Below the pieces are notes generated by a model. It ran no database searches, was not told the DNA's origin, and worked only from the letters and a program-made list of their open reading frames with translations. A stretch of 63,687 bases of DNA, the filler included, from Atractiella rhizophila (lineage: Eukaryota): assembly GCA_021432655.1 (NCBI GenBank). It is 3 parts of 3 records of this genome, joined end to end, with 100 filler letters (N's around TTAATTAATTAA, not from the genome) between each part and the next. Parts side by side here need not be neighbours in the genome. Positions count along the whole stretch, not along the records: positions 1 to 30,384 come from MU271557.1; 2 more parts are not named here. One strand, written 5' to 3'. Shown here piece by piece: positions 1-11,891 of this stretch; the first letter of the stretch is position 1, and every line of letters begins with the position of its first letter. The position numbers and the translations under genes were made by a program.

Positions 1-378
1 AAACCCCTTACTCAGCTCAACCAGCTTCTCCACACCCTTACTCCCAGTCAACCTTTCCACATCCAACTTCGGCACAGGCTTCCTAGGCTTCTTCAGCTTC
101 TCCTCCCCCTCCTCCCCCACCTCAACCGCCTGTCCAAAATTCGCCTTCGTGGGATCAAGTTCCACCACCGGCAAGTTTCTCCTCTCCGCAGCCACAGAGT
201 TACCCGGAGAGGGCGACCTCCGTGGGAGCGAGAAATCGTCCTCCCCGAAAAGAGCTTCGATTCGGCTGTTGGGCGAGAGTGGCGCATTGGAACGCGGCGG
301 AGAGTCGCCTAAGAAGCGGGGGACGGGACGGGTGGATTTTTGCGCTTGATTCGCGGGTGGAAGGGAGCTGAATGACAT
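1..378 (-). CDS. CSM3: Csm3/Swi3/Tipin replication fork protection protein, 5' part; runs off window start
   Basis: Not in the ORF track because there is no stop in the window. ATG at 378 opens 126 codons: MSFSSLPP...KKPRKPVPKLDVERLTGSKGVEKLVELSKGF. The RKPxPKLDxERLxxxxG motif matches the start of the Swi3 domain. Confidence 0.75.
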   Translation of the reverse strand, partial: MSFSSLPPANQAQKSTRPVPRFLGDSPPRSNAPLSPNSRIEALFGEDDFSLPRRSPSPGNSVAAERRNLPVVELDPTKANFGQAVEVGEEGEEKLKKPRKPVPKLDVERLTGSKGVEKLVELSKGF

Positions 379-441
379 GCTGCTTTGGCAGGAGAAAGGA
401 GAAACGGGTTGCTCGTTCTGTTGATTACGTTGATAACACAG

Positions 442-447
442 ACGCGT
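442..447. promoter_or_regulatory. Possible MCB (MluI cell-cycle box) in the divergent Csm3/Fmp52 promoter
   Basis: ACGCGT about 65 nt upstream of the Csm3 ATG, with a second ACGCG core near 458. MCBs drive G1/S replication genes in yeasts; function here is inferred. Confidence 0.35.
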
Positions 448-764
448 TTTGTTTGAGACGCGGTTGCGTATTAGGGTCAGGGCTACTACACCGTGGGCGA
501 GCAGCTCATGGCCTCAGGTCCTAAAGTGCTCAAGTAACGCTACCCATCCAAGGCTGTGGCAATGCTCTAGTAGTAGAATTCCGCTGATTTTCACCATACT
601 TGGTGTGCTCCTGGTGGTAGTGCTCTGGCCAGTCAATTCCACTGATAAGGTTATCGGCCATGTGGCCGCATCACTTGCGTCACTTGGGCATGTAAGAGTA
701 AGAGATAGAACAAAACAACCTGGTCAAGTTTGTGAACTTTTCGGGACCTCAGTATCATACACAA

Positions 765-1662
765 ATGGCGCACACGGCAGTGATAGGAGCGACTGGTCTT
801 GTCGTGAGTTCTTCAAGGTCTCCCCTTCTCGCAGGCATGTTCGATTGGAAACGTTCGCCAACCCGTCCACAATAGGGCTCCCAGATTCTCTCCCAGCTTC
901 TCGAATCTTCCCTCACCACAAGAATCCAAGCTATCACTCGTCGCCCCTTCCCTCCTTTCAATCTACCAGCGGAGGTGGTCTCCAAGTTGAACTCCATCGT
1001 CGAGCCCGACTCTTCAAAATGGCCAGCATCCGTCGTCCAAACCGACGTCTTCTTCTCTGCTTTGGGGACGACGCGTGGGGACGCCGGTGGAATAGAGAAG
1101 CAGCGAAAGATCGATTATGAGCTCAATCTCGAGATGGCGAAGGCGGCCAAAGAGAAGGGAGTCAAGACTTACGTTTTGGTTTCCAGCGCTGGAGCGAGTG
1201 TGAACTCTTTCGCCGCATATTCCAAAATGAAGGGTGAACTCGAAAGAGATGTCATCGCCTTGAAGTTTGAGAAAACCATCATCTTGAGACCTGGTTCGCC
1301 TTTTATGGCCTCATTTCACCACCTGATTGAAAATTTTGCCAGGTCTCCTGGTCGGTAATCGAGGGGAAAAGACGAGAACACTCGAGCAGCCTCTGCACAG
1401 TGTTGCGAATTTTATGGGCAAGATAACACCGGTGCTGAAGGATGTTTGGGCACAAGAAGACAGCACCGTCGCGAGAGCAGCGATCCGAGGTACGTCTGCT
1501 ACATTCCTTCTGTGCTAGAACAGACTTGCTCAGTTTATCTACTGCTCTGCAGCTGCTTTCGAGGAAGCAACTTGGGAGGGAAGGACGTTGACGAGAGATG
1601 GAGAAGATGGAAAAGTGTGGATCATGAGCCAGAAAGAAATTGTTGAATTGGGTAAAAAGTGA
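765..1662 (+). CDS. FMP52: Fmp52/TIP30(CC3)-like NAD(P)-binding Rossmann-fold protein, multi-exon
   Basis: Spliced MAHTAVIGATGLV|GSQILSQLL...ITRR, then FFSALGTTRGDAGGIEKQRKIDYELNL, LVSSAGA, YSKMKGELE, IILRPG|LLVG. Stop TGA at 1660-1662. Confidence 0.88.
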
Positions 1663-1866
1663 AATTCCCACGTAGTCACTTGACTGGCAGGGCTACTTCA
1701 TGTGAAATGTGATCTATATGTTTGGGACATTCATTCTTCAAGTTGTTACACACAGTTTCGTTTTCCAATACATGAGCAAGCAAGAACCAAAATTGTAGTC
1801 TGACTGTGGTGCAAAAGAAGCCGTCAGCTAGAATCCATGAACTGAACTGCGAACACATGCTTACCC

Positions 1867-3163
1867 TTACAGACTAGCGATAAGAGAGTCTCCAAGAGCT
1901 TTGATACTGTCCTCAAACGTTTGTTTGTTCGTGGTGGCCCAATTCGCGCCATTCGCTCCCGGGACTGCTTGTGCGCCAGGAAAAGCGATGAAAAGGATGT
2001 CCTGCCAGCTATCAGTGTTCGTTCATTAAAAGAGATTTCAGGAAGCAAACATGGTCTCCCCAGCCGTTGTTTCCTGCAATTCCTCAGCTAACATCAAAGA
2101 GGAAGATCTCATCCTAGCTAGGCTCACCGGTGAAACCGCAAGAGGGACAGCAAAGGTCGGCAAGAGCCAACGACGCTTCTCCGGTTACCGTTCCTCCGTT
2201 CGTGTCACCTAAAGGACCGAAAGTTCGAAAACAGTCCAACTAAACGGTAAAATCTTACCCCAAACCTGCAGGATGCCATTTAATGACATGTATGTCACAG
2301 AGCAAAGAAGATTGTACTCACAGCATAATGCAGCTGACCTGCAAAGTACCCGACATTTAGTACCCATGCCTGTGGGATTAAGATAGCATACCAAAGCAGA
2401 CTACGGCAACGACAGAGAGAGGACGGATTCCGATGGATGTGGGATCCCAACTAGGTGAACTGCCTGAGTTTCCGAGTACTACGTATGGGTGGATCTGGGG
2501 ACAGGTAAGAAATGGTTGTGGGGATGACGCCAGCTCACCGTGGCGTCCAGATCAGATATTCCTTTGTTGTAGCCCTGGACTGTCCCTGCAGCACCACGTG
2601 AGGTTTAGGGTTCGAAGATCAAACAGAAAGGGCAAGGATACATACCTTTGAAAGCTGTTTGACTTTGTCCAGAGCCATCGTTGCTGCAGCGGCCGCTCCT
2701 GTGGTTCGTTGCTATAAGTGAACGATTTGAAAAGCGTTAGATCAGCTAAACGGACCCAAGATTTGCACCTGGAGATGTGTCAGCATTTTATGGAAAGAAA
2801 GCCGGGTTCGCACCATCGCAGTCAATATCCCTTGAAGCCATATTACCTTAGCGCCACCTATGTTGCGTCATGTCATGAGAAGCTCACATATCAGCATAGC
2901 CTGGAAAGATGGCGTAAGCTCGGGCGATAGGGGGTGTTAATTGGCTTACCATCTCCAGTGTTCGTCGAGATGAACATGACCCCTTCCTCAAAGCAGTACG
3001 ATGCACGGGTCGAGCCGCCCTGCCCATCGCCAAAGCCCGTCGCAAGTGTGTTCCAACATTGTTTGTGGTTGTCATAAAACGTCTGCAACTTACTGGGCAA
3101 GGTATATGCCGTGATAGTAGGCAGAAACAAGAGAGCAAATGTGAAACACCAAGTAACAGCCAT
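1867..3163 (-). CDS. Secreted fungal chitosanase, glycoside hydrolase family 75, many small exons
   Basis: Signal peptide [19 protein letters not shown]. Exons read [71 protein letters not shown] and DILFIAFPG...[13 protein letters not shown], all GH75 motifs. Confidence 0.9.
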
Positions 3164-3847
3164 TGCGAGCTCGAGAAAGCTTGCGGTTTCAAGCCATGAG
3201 GCCTCTCTTATACTTCAGAGAGTCACGGCGAAGCATGTCAACCTAGACCTCCATCGTCTGTAGCTAATCAGTGAAGCGATGAGATAGCAGTCCCGTCTCG
3301 GAGGAGCACACGACGAAAAGTGGGCGGTATAACTTCTTCACCGACCTCTTCACGCTTCGACCATATTTTTTCGGTTGGCGTCCTCCACTCAGGCGGTAAG
3401 GTGGATGGTGTAGCTTCGTTATTGTGGAGTGACCGATGAGAAAGGGGCAGTTGGAATGGAGTGTCAGATTACCTAATGCTCCCCTCCACACACTTGCACA
3501 TTCGTTCAGGTCGCCATCGATGAGCGCTTTCGAGGACGAGCGGATTAGCAGAAGGTGTGAAGGTGCGGTGAGCGCGTAGTCCGTTGTAATCGTGGAGGAG
3601 GTGCTCTGCGCGGAGGTCCTTGTGAGTGACCGCGTGCGAATGCGAGGAAGCCGGAGCCTAGGCAGTCATGTGGAAGTGGTAAACGTGGCTGATATTTTGA
3701 CTAAGGTAAAAAGGGTATGCTATGTACTAAGACTTAATACAACTGACCTGCACGGTGAGAATCGACATCACAACGAAAGACGTAAGAAACTCACAACAAA
3801 TAATGCTACACAATACAATTCTTCTATGGATCAAGGAACTCCTGCAT

Positions 3848-6800
3848 TTAAAGCTCCCATTTGATTCGTGAGGCGTACTCCTTGATTCTAGACACAAGCC
3901 TGTCCTTGACCAGATGACCATTCCCACTGGCAACATTGAGAATGGCTTCGTTCAGCTCAGTCGATCCCAAAATATCAATATCTAGAACATATCAGCGCGA
4001 GTTAATAATATAAATGGTTATCCTACGATCGCCAGTGGAGACTCCCCCTCTTGGATCGAAACCGATTGGTTGGTGCTTAATTTCCCGTGTAACGACCTTG
4101 ATACCTGCAGGGTTGTAAAGTTTTCTCTTCCACCCTTCAACACACATTGCTCCAAGGGAAATCAACGAGACGGTCCCATCTCCCTCTCCTTCTCTGAAGC
4201 ATCAGAATCCGTGAAATGGCTCTGACTGGAAGACGCACCAATCATGACGCCATTGCGAACCTTTGGGATATTGCTGTCGAGATTTATGGTGGTATCGATC
4301 CAGCTTGTATGACCCAGCGGAAGGTCTGCACAAGATCTGCTGAGGAAATAACAGAGGCAGTAAGAGGGACCATACCTAGTGGTTGCTGCGAACTTTGATT
4401 TGTGCACTCATCTTCTAGGCATTGCGAGGCTCCTTCCATGGGGACTTCCTGTCTTCCCATCGGACCTCGTTGATACCAGTAAGCTCGTTCTGTATCCTTA
4501 CCTGAACGACAGGAGTGGTGAGCGAGGGGACAAACGTCCAATAACTCTGCGAACATACCGACACCGTAAAGGCAGTAAATGGACATGCTAGGAGCATTTG
4601 GCAGTCGCGTCTCCAAAGGATTCGTCCATTTCCTGTGATCATTATCGTTCTTTTCTATTTGGGCGTAATCACGCTCAATCCCATAGCTGTAGTTCGTTTG
4701 AAGCATCTTTTGAAAAGCTGGCATGGAATGAGACAAGACGTCACCTTGTCAAGGGCTGACGTACCACTTGACGAGCTCTCTAGGAGATAAAGATGTGCCT
4801 CGTCTTGCGTCATGTTGGGAGAAACAGTCTGTGCAGAAAGGGCATCATCTTGAGTTCCCGGCTTTCGAAACTATACTTTGGGAATTAGCACGCAAATAAA
4901 TACGATGAGACCGTAAGACGCGAACATAGTACATGTAAGCATAACTCAGGTTCTTATCCACCGGATCGTCTGGGGCTCCGTTCTCATCTCCCCAAACCGC
5001 CGAACCGCCTTTAACAAGCACTATGGTTCTTCATCATAAATTTCCTCTCGATTTTAGAGATTCAGACATACTAGAAGCAGATCCTGCCCAAGAGCGGAAG
5101 AGATCCGTTCTCTCTTGTCGACTGAAGAATTTCTCGAGAATGTAAGCTCCTGCGGGAGGCATCTCCACAGTATCTGTACCATGACTTTTAAACGCTGCTC
5201 GTATGAAGCAAAGAAGCGAAGCTTACCTTTCATTTCTCCGCTAAGCAGAGCGGCAGACTTCGACAAATGTTAATTATTCACTCTGCGTGAGAGAAAGAGG
5301 ACCACCAACGCTTTTTGGGACCCCAAGTTGCGTCCCAGCTATCTACTGAAACATAAGCTCTCACTAAAGCATCAAAGACACAAAAGACACACATTCACCC
5401 ATGCACTCAAATGATCTTCACACCACTGCGGCCCACCGTTACCAAAATCTGGAGCTTCTGCCCACCTTTCCATTAATTAGAAGGGTAAAAATATTTTGTC
5501 GAAATACACGGACTTCATGAAGTATTGGACTACGAGCCCACCCATGCTATGTGAGACCTAAAATGAGTTGAAGCAAAATGATGTGCGAGAAGGCGCAAGA
5601 TCATACCAGAACCGTTTTCTTCCCCAGGATGTGCTTGTTGAACTCGATGTGAGACTTGAGTCGAGAGAAATAGCTGTCAAAGGCTCAGAATGAATCGTGT
5701 GCGGTTGGGTAAAAAAAGATACCGATCTCGGACTTCCAAATTGTAGTAGCTCAATCTCCAATCGTAAGCCGCAAGGTAAAGATCGTTGTAATCGTAGCCA
5801 ATAACAGCAAGGTCTGAAAAATTTCAGCAGATTCAGGAAGGCCGTAAAAAAACTCACTCTGAATAATGACGTTCCAAATCCAATATCCAAACCCGAAGGA
5901 AGAAGCCGCATCAAGTCCTTCAATCAGATTCATGAGCGGATGCTGCTGGCAAGCTAGAAAGCGACATACCTTGTGCAGCACGCACCTTCTGACCAACACA
6001 GTCGAGTCCCGTATCAGGATCGAGGGTCATAGCTTTGATCCACTGCTTCTTGTTTCCTTTCCTCTTCGATCAGTTCAACTACGCCGCTGCGGTAAAATCG
6101 CACCTATCATCGCCCGAAGCATTGTCGATGTGCCCCATAGCCTCTTTCTAAACAACGGCGCAGCTTCTTCCGTCGTACTCCAACTCTCCAGCCCACTGCT
6201 TACTATCCCTGGGACGAGGACGACCGCTTCTTTCTTCTCCTTGCCAGCTTCAAGGGCGTCCCAACCAACCCTGAAGCTCTCCCTAAAGCCACTCATGAAA
6301 TCTTCCCTTTTCTTTCCCATTCCATCAACAAGCTCCATAATCGTGCTCATACCCGGTACAGACGTCATATTAAGTTCCCATTCGCCAAAAGGGATGAGGG
6401 ATTGGTAGTCAACATCTGCGAGAGAGAGCGAAAGAGAAGGGTCGAGCAATGGGCCTTCGGCGAATAGCCAAGCGAGGAAAGAACCAAATAGGAAACCTAG
6501 GAGGAGGAAGATGCGCCGTCGTCGGAGAGCGGAAGAGAAGAAGTTAGTTGGCGGGGTGTGTAGATATAGATCTTTGAGGAATGTTTCCGAGAGATCGATG
6601 TCGTCCCATTTCGTTCCCGGCTAGATTCAACAGAAAATCAGCACACGAAAGTATCACCGTAACATTTCCTCGCTAGTAGCACAGCTGAGAAGAGAAGAAA
6701 ATCAGAGGATCTGGAGTTTCCCTCCAACCTCGTTAATCCGTAGTCGCTGATGGACCAGTTCAGGAATTTTCTCATGCTTCAGACAACAAGTAGCAAACCT

Positions 6801-7552
6801 CACATAGCAGAATCTAGCGTGGGCAGTCAGTCTCATAACGTACTCTCGCTTTCGACTTGTGCTGTGGTTCATTCACTGGTTGTTGTTGATTTAGGAGTGA
6901 TTTCGGACGCCTGCTTTATCTTACCTGGCGAATTACGCCACCAGTGTAACATCTGCTTTAGCTCTATATGTAAGACCGCTGTTACCTCGAGGGCGACGTC
7001 AATTCACCTCAAGTGCAACACGACTGCCTCGTAAGGTCTATTTATAAGCTGCACGCATCAAAATGCAGACGCGATGTTATGAATCATAAACAAATGCTAG
7101 GATGGTTGGGTGCTTCGAGTGCACAACATCCATTCGCCTCATGGCCAGTCATGGAGCTGGGAGGAGACCTTGGAAGCTGCAACATAATAAAGCTAGAAAG
7201 CCTACAGCTCAATTCACTATATAGGCTAACAAATATTTGTTCTTTTCTTCAATTTGCAATCAAATACAACAAGATACACTTGGAGTTTTTGAGCGAAAAC
7301 AAAGCAATCCTCTCCTTGACGAGTCTACCCCAAGAATATGAAAGCACATACAGCTTTGATTTTAACTCCTCCTTTCTTCAACAACTTCTGTAGCTCCTTC
7401 CCCCTTTTCTCTTTCTTCTTTCTTATGCTACTTCCATCATTCTCAGTCAACTTAAAGGACGTAACGTCTGAGTCTGGGGTACCCGGCGTGGTTGGAGAGG
7501 GAGATGACGTCGGAGTGGGATTTCCTTTCCCTTTGCTAGGGCGAAGAGACAT
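3848..7552 (-). CDS. LRO1: Phospholipid:diacylglycerol acyltransferase (LCAT family), multi-exon
   Basis: N-terminal TM (RRRIFLLLGFLFGSFLAWLF), VVLVPGIVSSGLESW, FRKRLWG, GLDAASSF..GYWIW, HSMG nucleophile, NPLETRLPNAPSMSIYCLYGVG, DTERAYWY, and C-terminal DILGSTELNEAIL...IKWEL*. First exon 7552-7352 is inferred through a 731-nt intron. Confidence 0.92.
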
Positions 7553-9026
7553 GCTGATAACAACCCCTCAGACCGCACTGGCGCGTGATTACGAAGTAAC
7601 TTGGTTGTAAATCTGGTCAGTGATGTGAACTAGAAATAAATCGCTCGTTCAGAACTGTACAAACTTTATCGACCCCGGCAACTTGTATAATTTCAACTTA
7701 CAATGAAATGTCCAACATATTTCAAAGCACCTGACAATGTTTATAATAAGACTGGGGAGGGGGCAGGATATGGATGTTGGTTTGGGGCAATTTTGACGGT
7801 GTTGCAGACGGAAGCTAATGTACAAAGGAGTGCCAGTACGCTTTCTCTCTGCTGAAGCAGTTTAGGTGCAAGTCTGTTCTACGTTCATATTTATATTGCT
7901 TCCCGTTGTCAGTATCATCAAAATTATCTTGTGCTGTCATGTTGCATCCAAAGGAGTCTGTGACTAAGTAGACTCATCCTTCATACATCTCGGCTTTGCA
8001 CAAGTCAAATAAAAATTCTACACAGGAAATATTGGCCAAATCCTTTTTTGTTTGGAATAGATGGCGTTTTGGTCATCTCTCGAAAGTGAAAGACCCCTAC
8101 CAACTCTCCGCTGAATTTTGGAAGGAGCTTTCGCCATGAAACATCAGTATACTTCAAGTGTGTGTTGTGGCTGACCATTGACCACAAGCGTGCCACAACA
8201 TTTGTCTTCTTAAAGCCTGTTAGTTAAACAAGAGGAATCTCTGTCGAATGACAACAACATTGAATGCTCCACCTCCATTTCCGAGAAGAGATCGATATCG
8301 CAGTCACATACCGATGCTAGGACTGGTGCACTACTGCATTTTGACTAGGTTACTTCTTCGCTCGTCTGTTTCGATTTCAGAGCGCAAGAGGCTGGAACAT
8401 GAAGAAAACTTTCTCGATTCAATTGGACAACCTTCTGCTGCAGCTTGGAGGTTGCCCTTGCCCAATTTTGTACTGCTTCAAATTGGCGAACTTTGGCGTG
8501 GATGTCTTCCATCTATCGTCAGGTAGAACGACAGTGCCCAGGTGAGGGTTTTGCGCTGCAACTCAGCTGACAAGTGTCAACTCACCTGATTCTTCCCCTC
8601 AAAACACCGCTGGCACGCTGGGTGGCTACCACTGTACGCGAGTGAGGGGAGGTTACTACCAAATTTTCTGTGTTGTGCACTGCTCAGGTGGCTCAGGCTC
8701 AACGGTACCTCGTACTCCGTCCCTGGACTCGTTCAGAACGTGCCTATTTAGACCTTTACTTAGGTGTCGTTCGTGCAGGCTCCTATCACGTGTCAGTATT
8801 GGCACCGCAGAAGACACGTTGAGGGAGAGTACTGAGCGTCAAAGTGCTTGGTCTTGTGGGTCGTAAATGCGTAAATGAGCAGGAGACCGCTGTTTGCTGT
8901 AGTGTCGGCAACATGACAGGCTCGCCGGCATCGAGGCGTATAAAAAGGATGTAGGTGGGACTTTGTGGGACAGTGGGACAGCACTGCAACGTTATCATTC
9001 GAAGTTACTTTGGACCAAAATTCTCC

Positions 9027-11261
9027 ATGTCAACCACCCATCAGGATTTCGACGCCTCCACAGTCGTCGGGGAAGGATCTGTACGCGTCGGATATGGCAA
9101 GTCATCCCCTCCCAACCCCAACATGCAAGCCGTCGAAAAATTTCGTCCTTCCGAATCTGGCGCGCCGTTGGGAGGGAAGGCGGATTCACTCCCTTTTGTC
9201 GACACTTCCACCTTTCTTTCTGTAAAAAGGCCATACTGCGTGCCAATCGGGAAGGGGGGAGTGAAAGAGGCACTTGTGAGGCTGGACGAGGAACTGGTCC
9301 AAGCGGGGAATCCAGGAATCTTGAGTAAGAAGAAGCCTATCTCTTGGACTGGTAGGGAGGTCAATCCTGGTGCGCCGTTATTGTCTTATCGTAGAAAGGT
9401 GACACTAAAGGCGAATTGAAGGTACCTTTGGGTTGTATGAATATGGCAGTCAGCCTCAAATCTTGCTCGAACCTGGGTACATTTTATGTTTTCTCGAGTC
9501 AGTAATATGAAGGTGACGCTTATTGTGCAAAAGTCGATATCCTGGAATGCCCATCTCGAATTGGTTTGCTTGCACCTACTACGGAACCTTCGCCCTCAAT
9601 CAGAACTTTCCTCCAACGCACAATAAACTCGACAAGATAGCAAGACTTGGATTAACAATCGTGCAAGTATCCCAGAACCAAGCTGCTGTCTGCATGTACG
9701 CTTGCGCCGTCTGCCTTCAGCCCGATCAAGCTAACTTCGATGTAGGGACCCGCAGAATCAAGTTTTTGTGGTGGCTGACGGGGGATTCGTGGCGATGGCT
9801 ACTAGCGGTGCTTACAAAGTGACCAATCGCCTCTCCCATCTTGTCCATGCTGACAGCCCTTCGAGGTATTGGGTTTGGTAGACCAAACTCATCTCGATAC
9901 TCCCGTCCTAGATCACTATAGTCGCCAAGTTTTAGGCCACATGCAGGTTGTTAAGAATCTTAGTTATGTAGCGGCGACTTTTCTGGATATACCAGCCAAC
10001 AATGTTGCCGTCCTCCAAAGAAAAGACGAGCTTTTCGAGCTCGCTGCTGGACAACATTACCTTACGACTGCTTCGGTGACTATTCGTGGATTCTACACAA
10101 AGGGAGAGGTGCAACAAGAGCTGGAGTGCGACAATATCTACACTCGAGGTCTGATATTCAGTCCCTTCTTTCTCAGATCCTGAAAGACTGGATTGTAGAT
10201 CAAGTCCCCGTCTGGCTGAGGATGTACCTGCGCTACGAGCTCCTCCGACCCTTAGAACTCGCACGCCATGGATACAAAACACCTTTTGACTCTTTGCAGG
10301 ACAAGACACGCAGTATTCTCACACAAATTCTCGCTCACCTCGATTACAGCATGATGGCAAAGTCTCGAAACGCTGCACCGGAACTGCTGGCCGATGGTAC
10401 AGCTGCAGATGAGGAAGATCCAAGTTCTGTTTTCGTCAGCGCGGTGCGAAGAGAAGCGACAGATGAACTTAAAGTGTGCCTTACATCTTGGTGCCTTATA
10501 TAACAGGACTAACGGAAGGACAGGTCGTTGCCGCTGAGTATGGGATCAAGCTGGAGGATCTTGCCATTATCGACAGAAAGTTCAAGGGAGAGATAGCTGC
10601 TAAGATGAACTCTCTCACGACCCGAGCACTGGAGGCGCAAGTGGAATCTGCGAATCTGGGTATTTGTCCAGTTTCCACGCCGATTCCAATTCTGACTGAT
10701 GGACAGACCGCGAGAACGCAAACAGGCGGCGCAAGCAAGAAGGTGATGCCAGAGTTTTAGAGTTGCAAAATGCAATGAAGAGGGTGCAACCTCCCTTTCT
10801 GGAGTCATACATTAGCGCTGATGACCCTGCAGGCCACTGCAGAAACCGAAGCAGCCAATACACTTGCTGCAGCTCGTGGTATGTTGCTTTGCGCATCTTT
10901 CATGCCACTCAGATCTAACTGTGATACCTGTAGCTCGTGCTGAAGCATTAACGATTCAAGCTGAAGCCGAAGGACGAGCGATCCGTCTTCGAGCTGATGC
11001 TGAGGCTGAGGCAGTACGAATCAGGGGAGAAGCAGACAAGGAGGTCACCTCGCTCTATGCACAAGATATCGCCAAACGCCGAGTCGAAGTGGAGAGGACG
11101 AAGGCATTTGGAAATCGCACTGTCTTTGCCCCGCTGGAGGCGATGAGCAATGGTGGAGTGGGTGGATTTGCTGCTCTTGGAATGCTGTCTCAAACTCAAC
11201 AGCCTGCGAAGTATGTCCTTCCTCCTTCTCAATGCTCATGACTTACCGCGCCTTTAGGTAA
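9027..11261 (+). CDS. SPFH/Band-7 (PHB) domain protein with N-terminal beta-repeat extension and C-terminal coiled coil, multi-exon
   Basis: NIYTR|DQVPVWLRMYLRY, TRSILTQIL and AAEYGIKLEDLAIID are SPFH-core-like, followed by an AEAE/ARAE-rich coiled coil. ATG at 9027; the final intron gives PAK* with stop at 11259-11261. No obvious TM helix. Confidence 0.82.
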
Positions 11262-11891
11262 CGTTGAAAGGTTTTTGACGAATGGACAATACCACAAACG
11301 ATACTCTTTCATTGACTGATTTCTCTCAGTCGTTCGTTCAAATGACCAAATCATCCCTGATACACTGATATTCAGTCCTCTCAATTATACCGTTCGCCAG
11401 CCTTGCCAGTACCTTGTAATTTTAGCTCAGTCTATCCGCAATTGCTCAGGTTTGTACTTTGAATCGAATTGTTGCAATTCCGTTGATTATAATGCACATC
11501 ATACTTCACGTCAAATCATTAAATAACTCTCTCTCTCGTCCGATTCACACCATACTTATACCAGAATGGTACTCTCAATCAAGCTCAATCACCAACGAGT
11601 CGAACAAACCATGGCAGGTCGAATATCGAAACTCCTTCAATCGAAGAAGAGAAAAGAAGGGACAGGCGGAAGGTTGGATATGTACGGATCAAAGGGAACA
11701 AATGGTACACAAACTGTAAAATTTTGAGAGAAGTAGGTTTGAAAGGATAGCAAAACATCGAATTCGCCATCGTTCATCCCGTGAAACCAGGGTATAGCGC
11801 CGTTCCAATCTGGATCTTAGAAGGAAACGGTCTCATTACATCGGTAAAAGTGGACTACGTGCCGTCGAAATGAGGCGGGAGAGGAAAAGCC

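Noticed and set aside
7990..8530. Possible small minus-strand gene (MEDIHAKVRQFEAVQNW...)
   Set aside because: Short frames with no recognisable family or consistent splice model.
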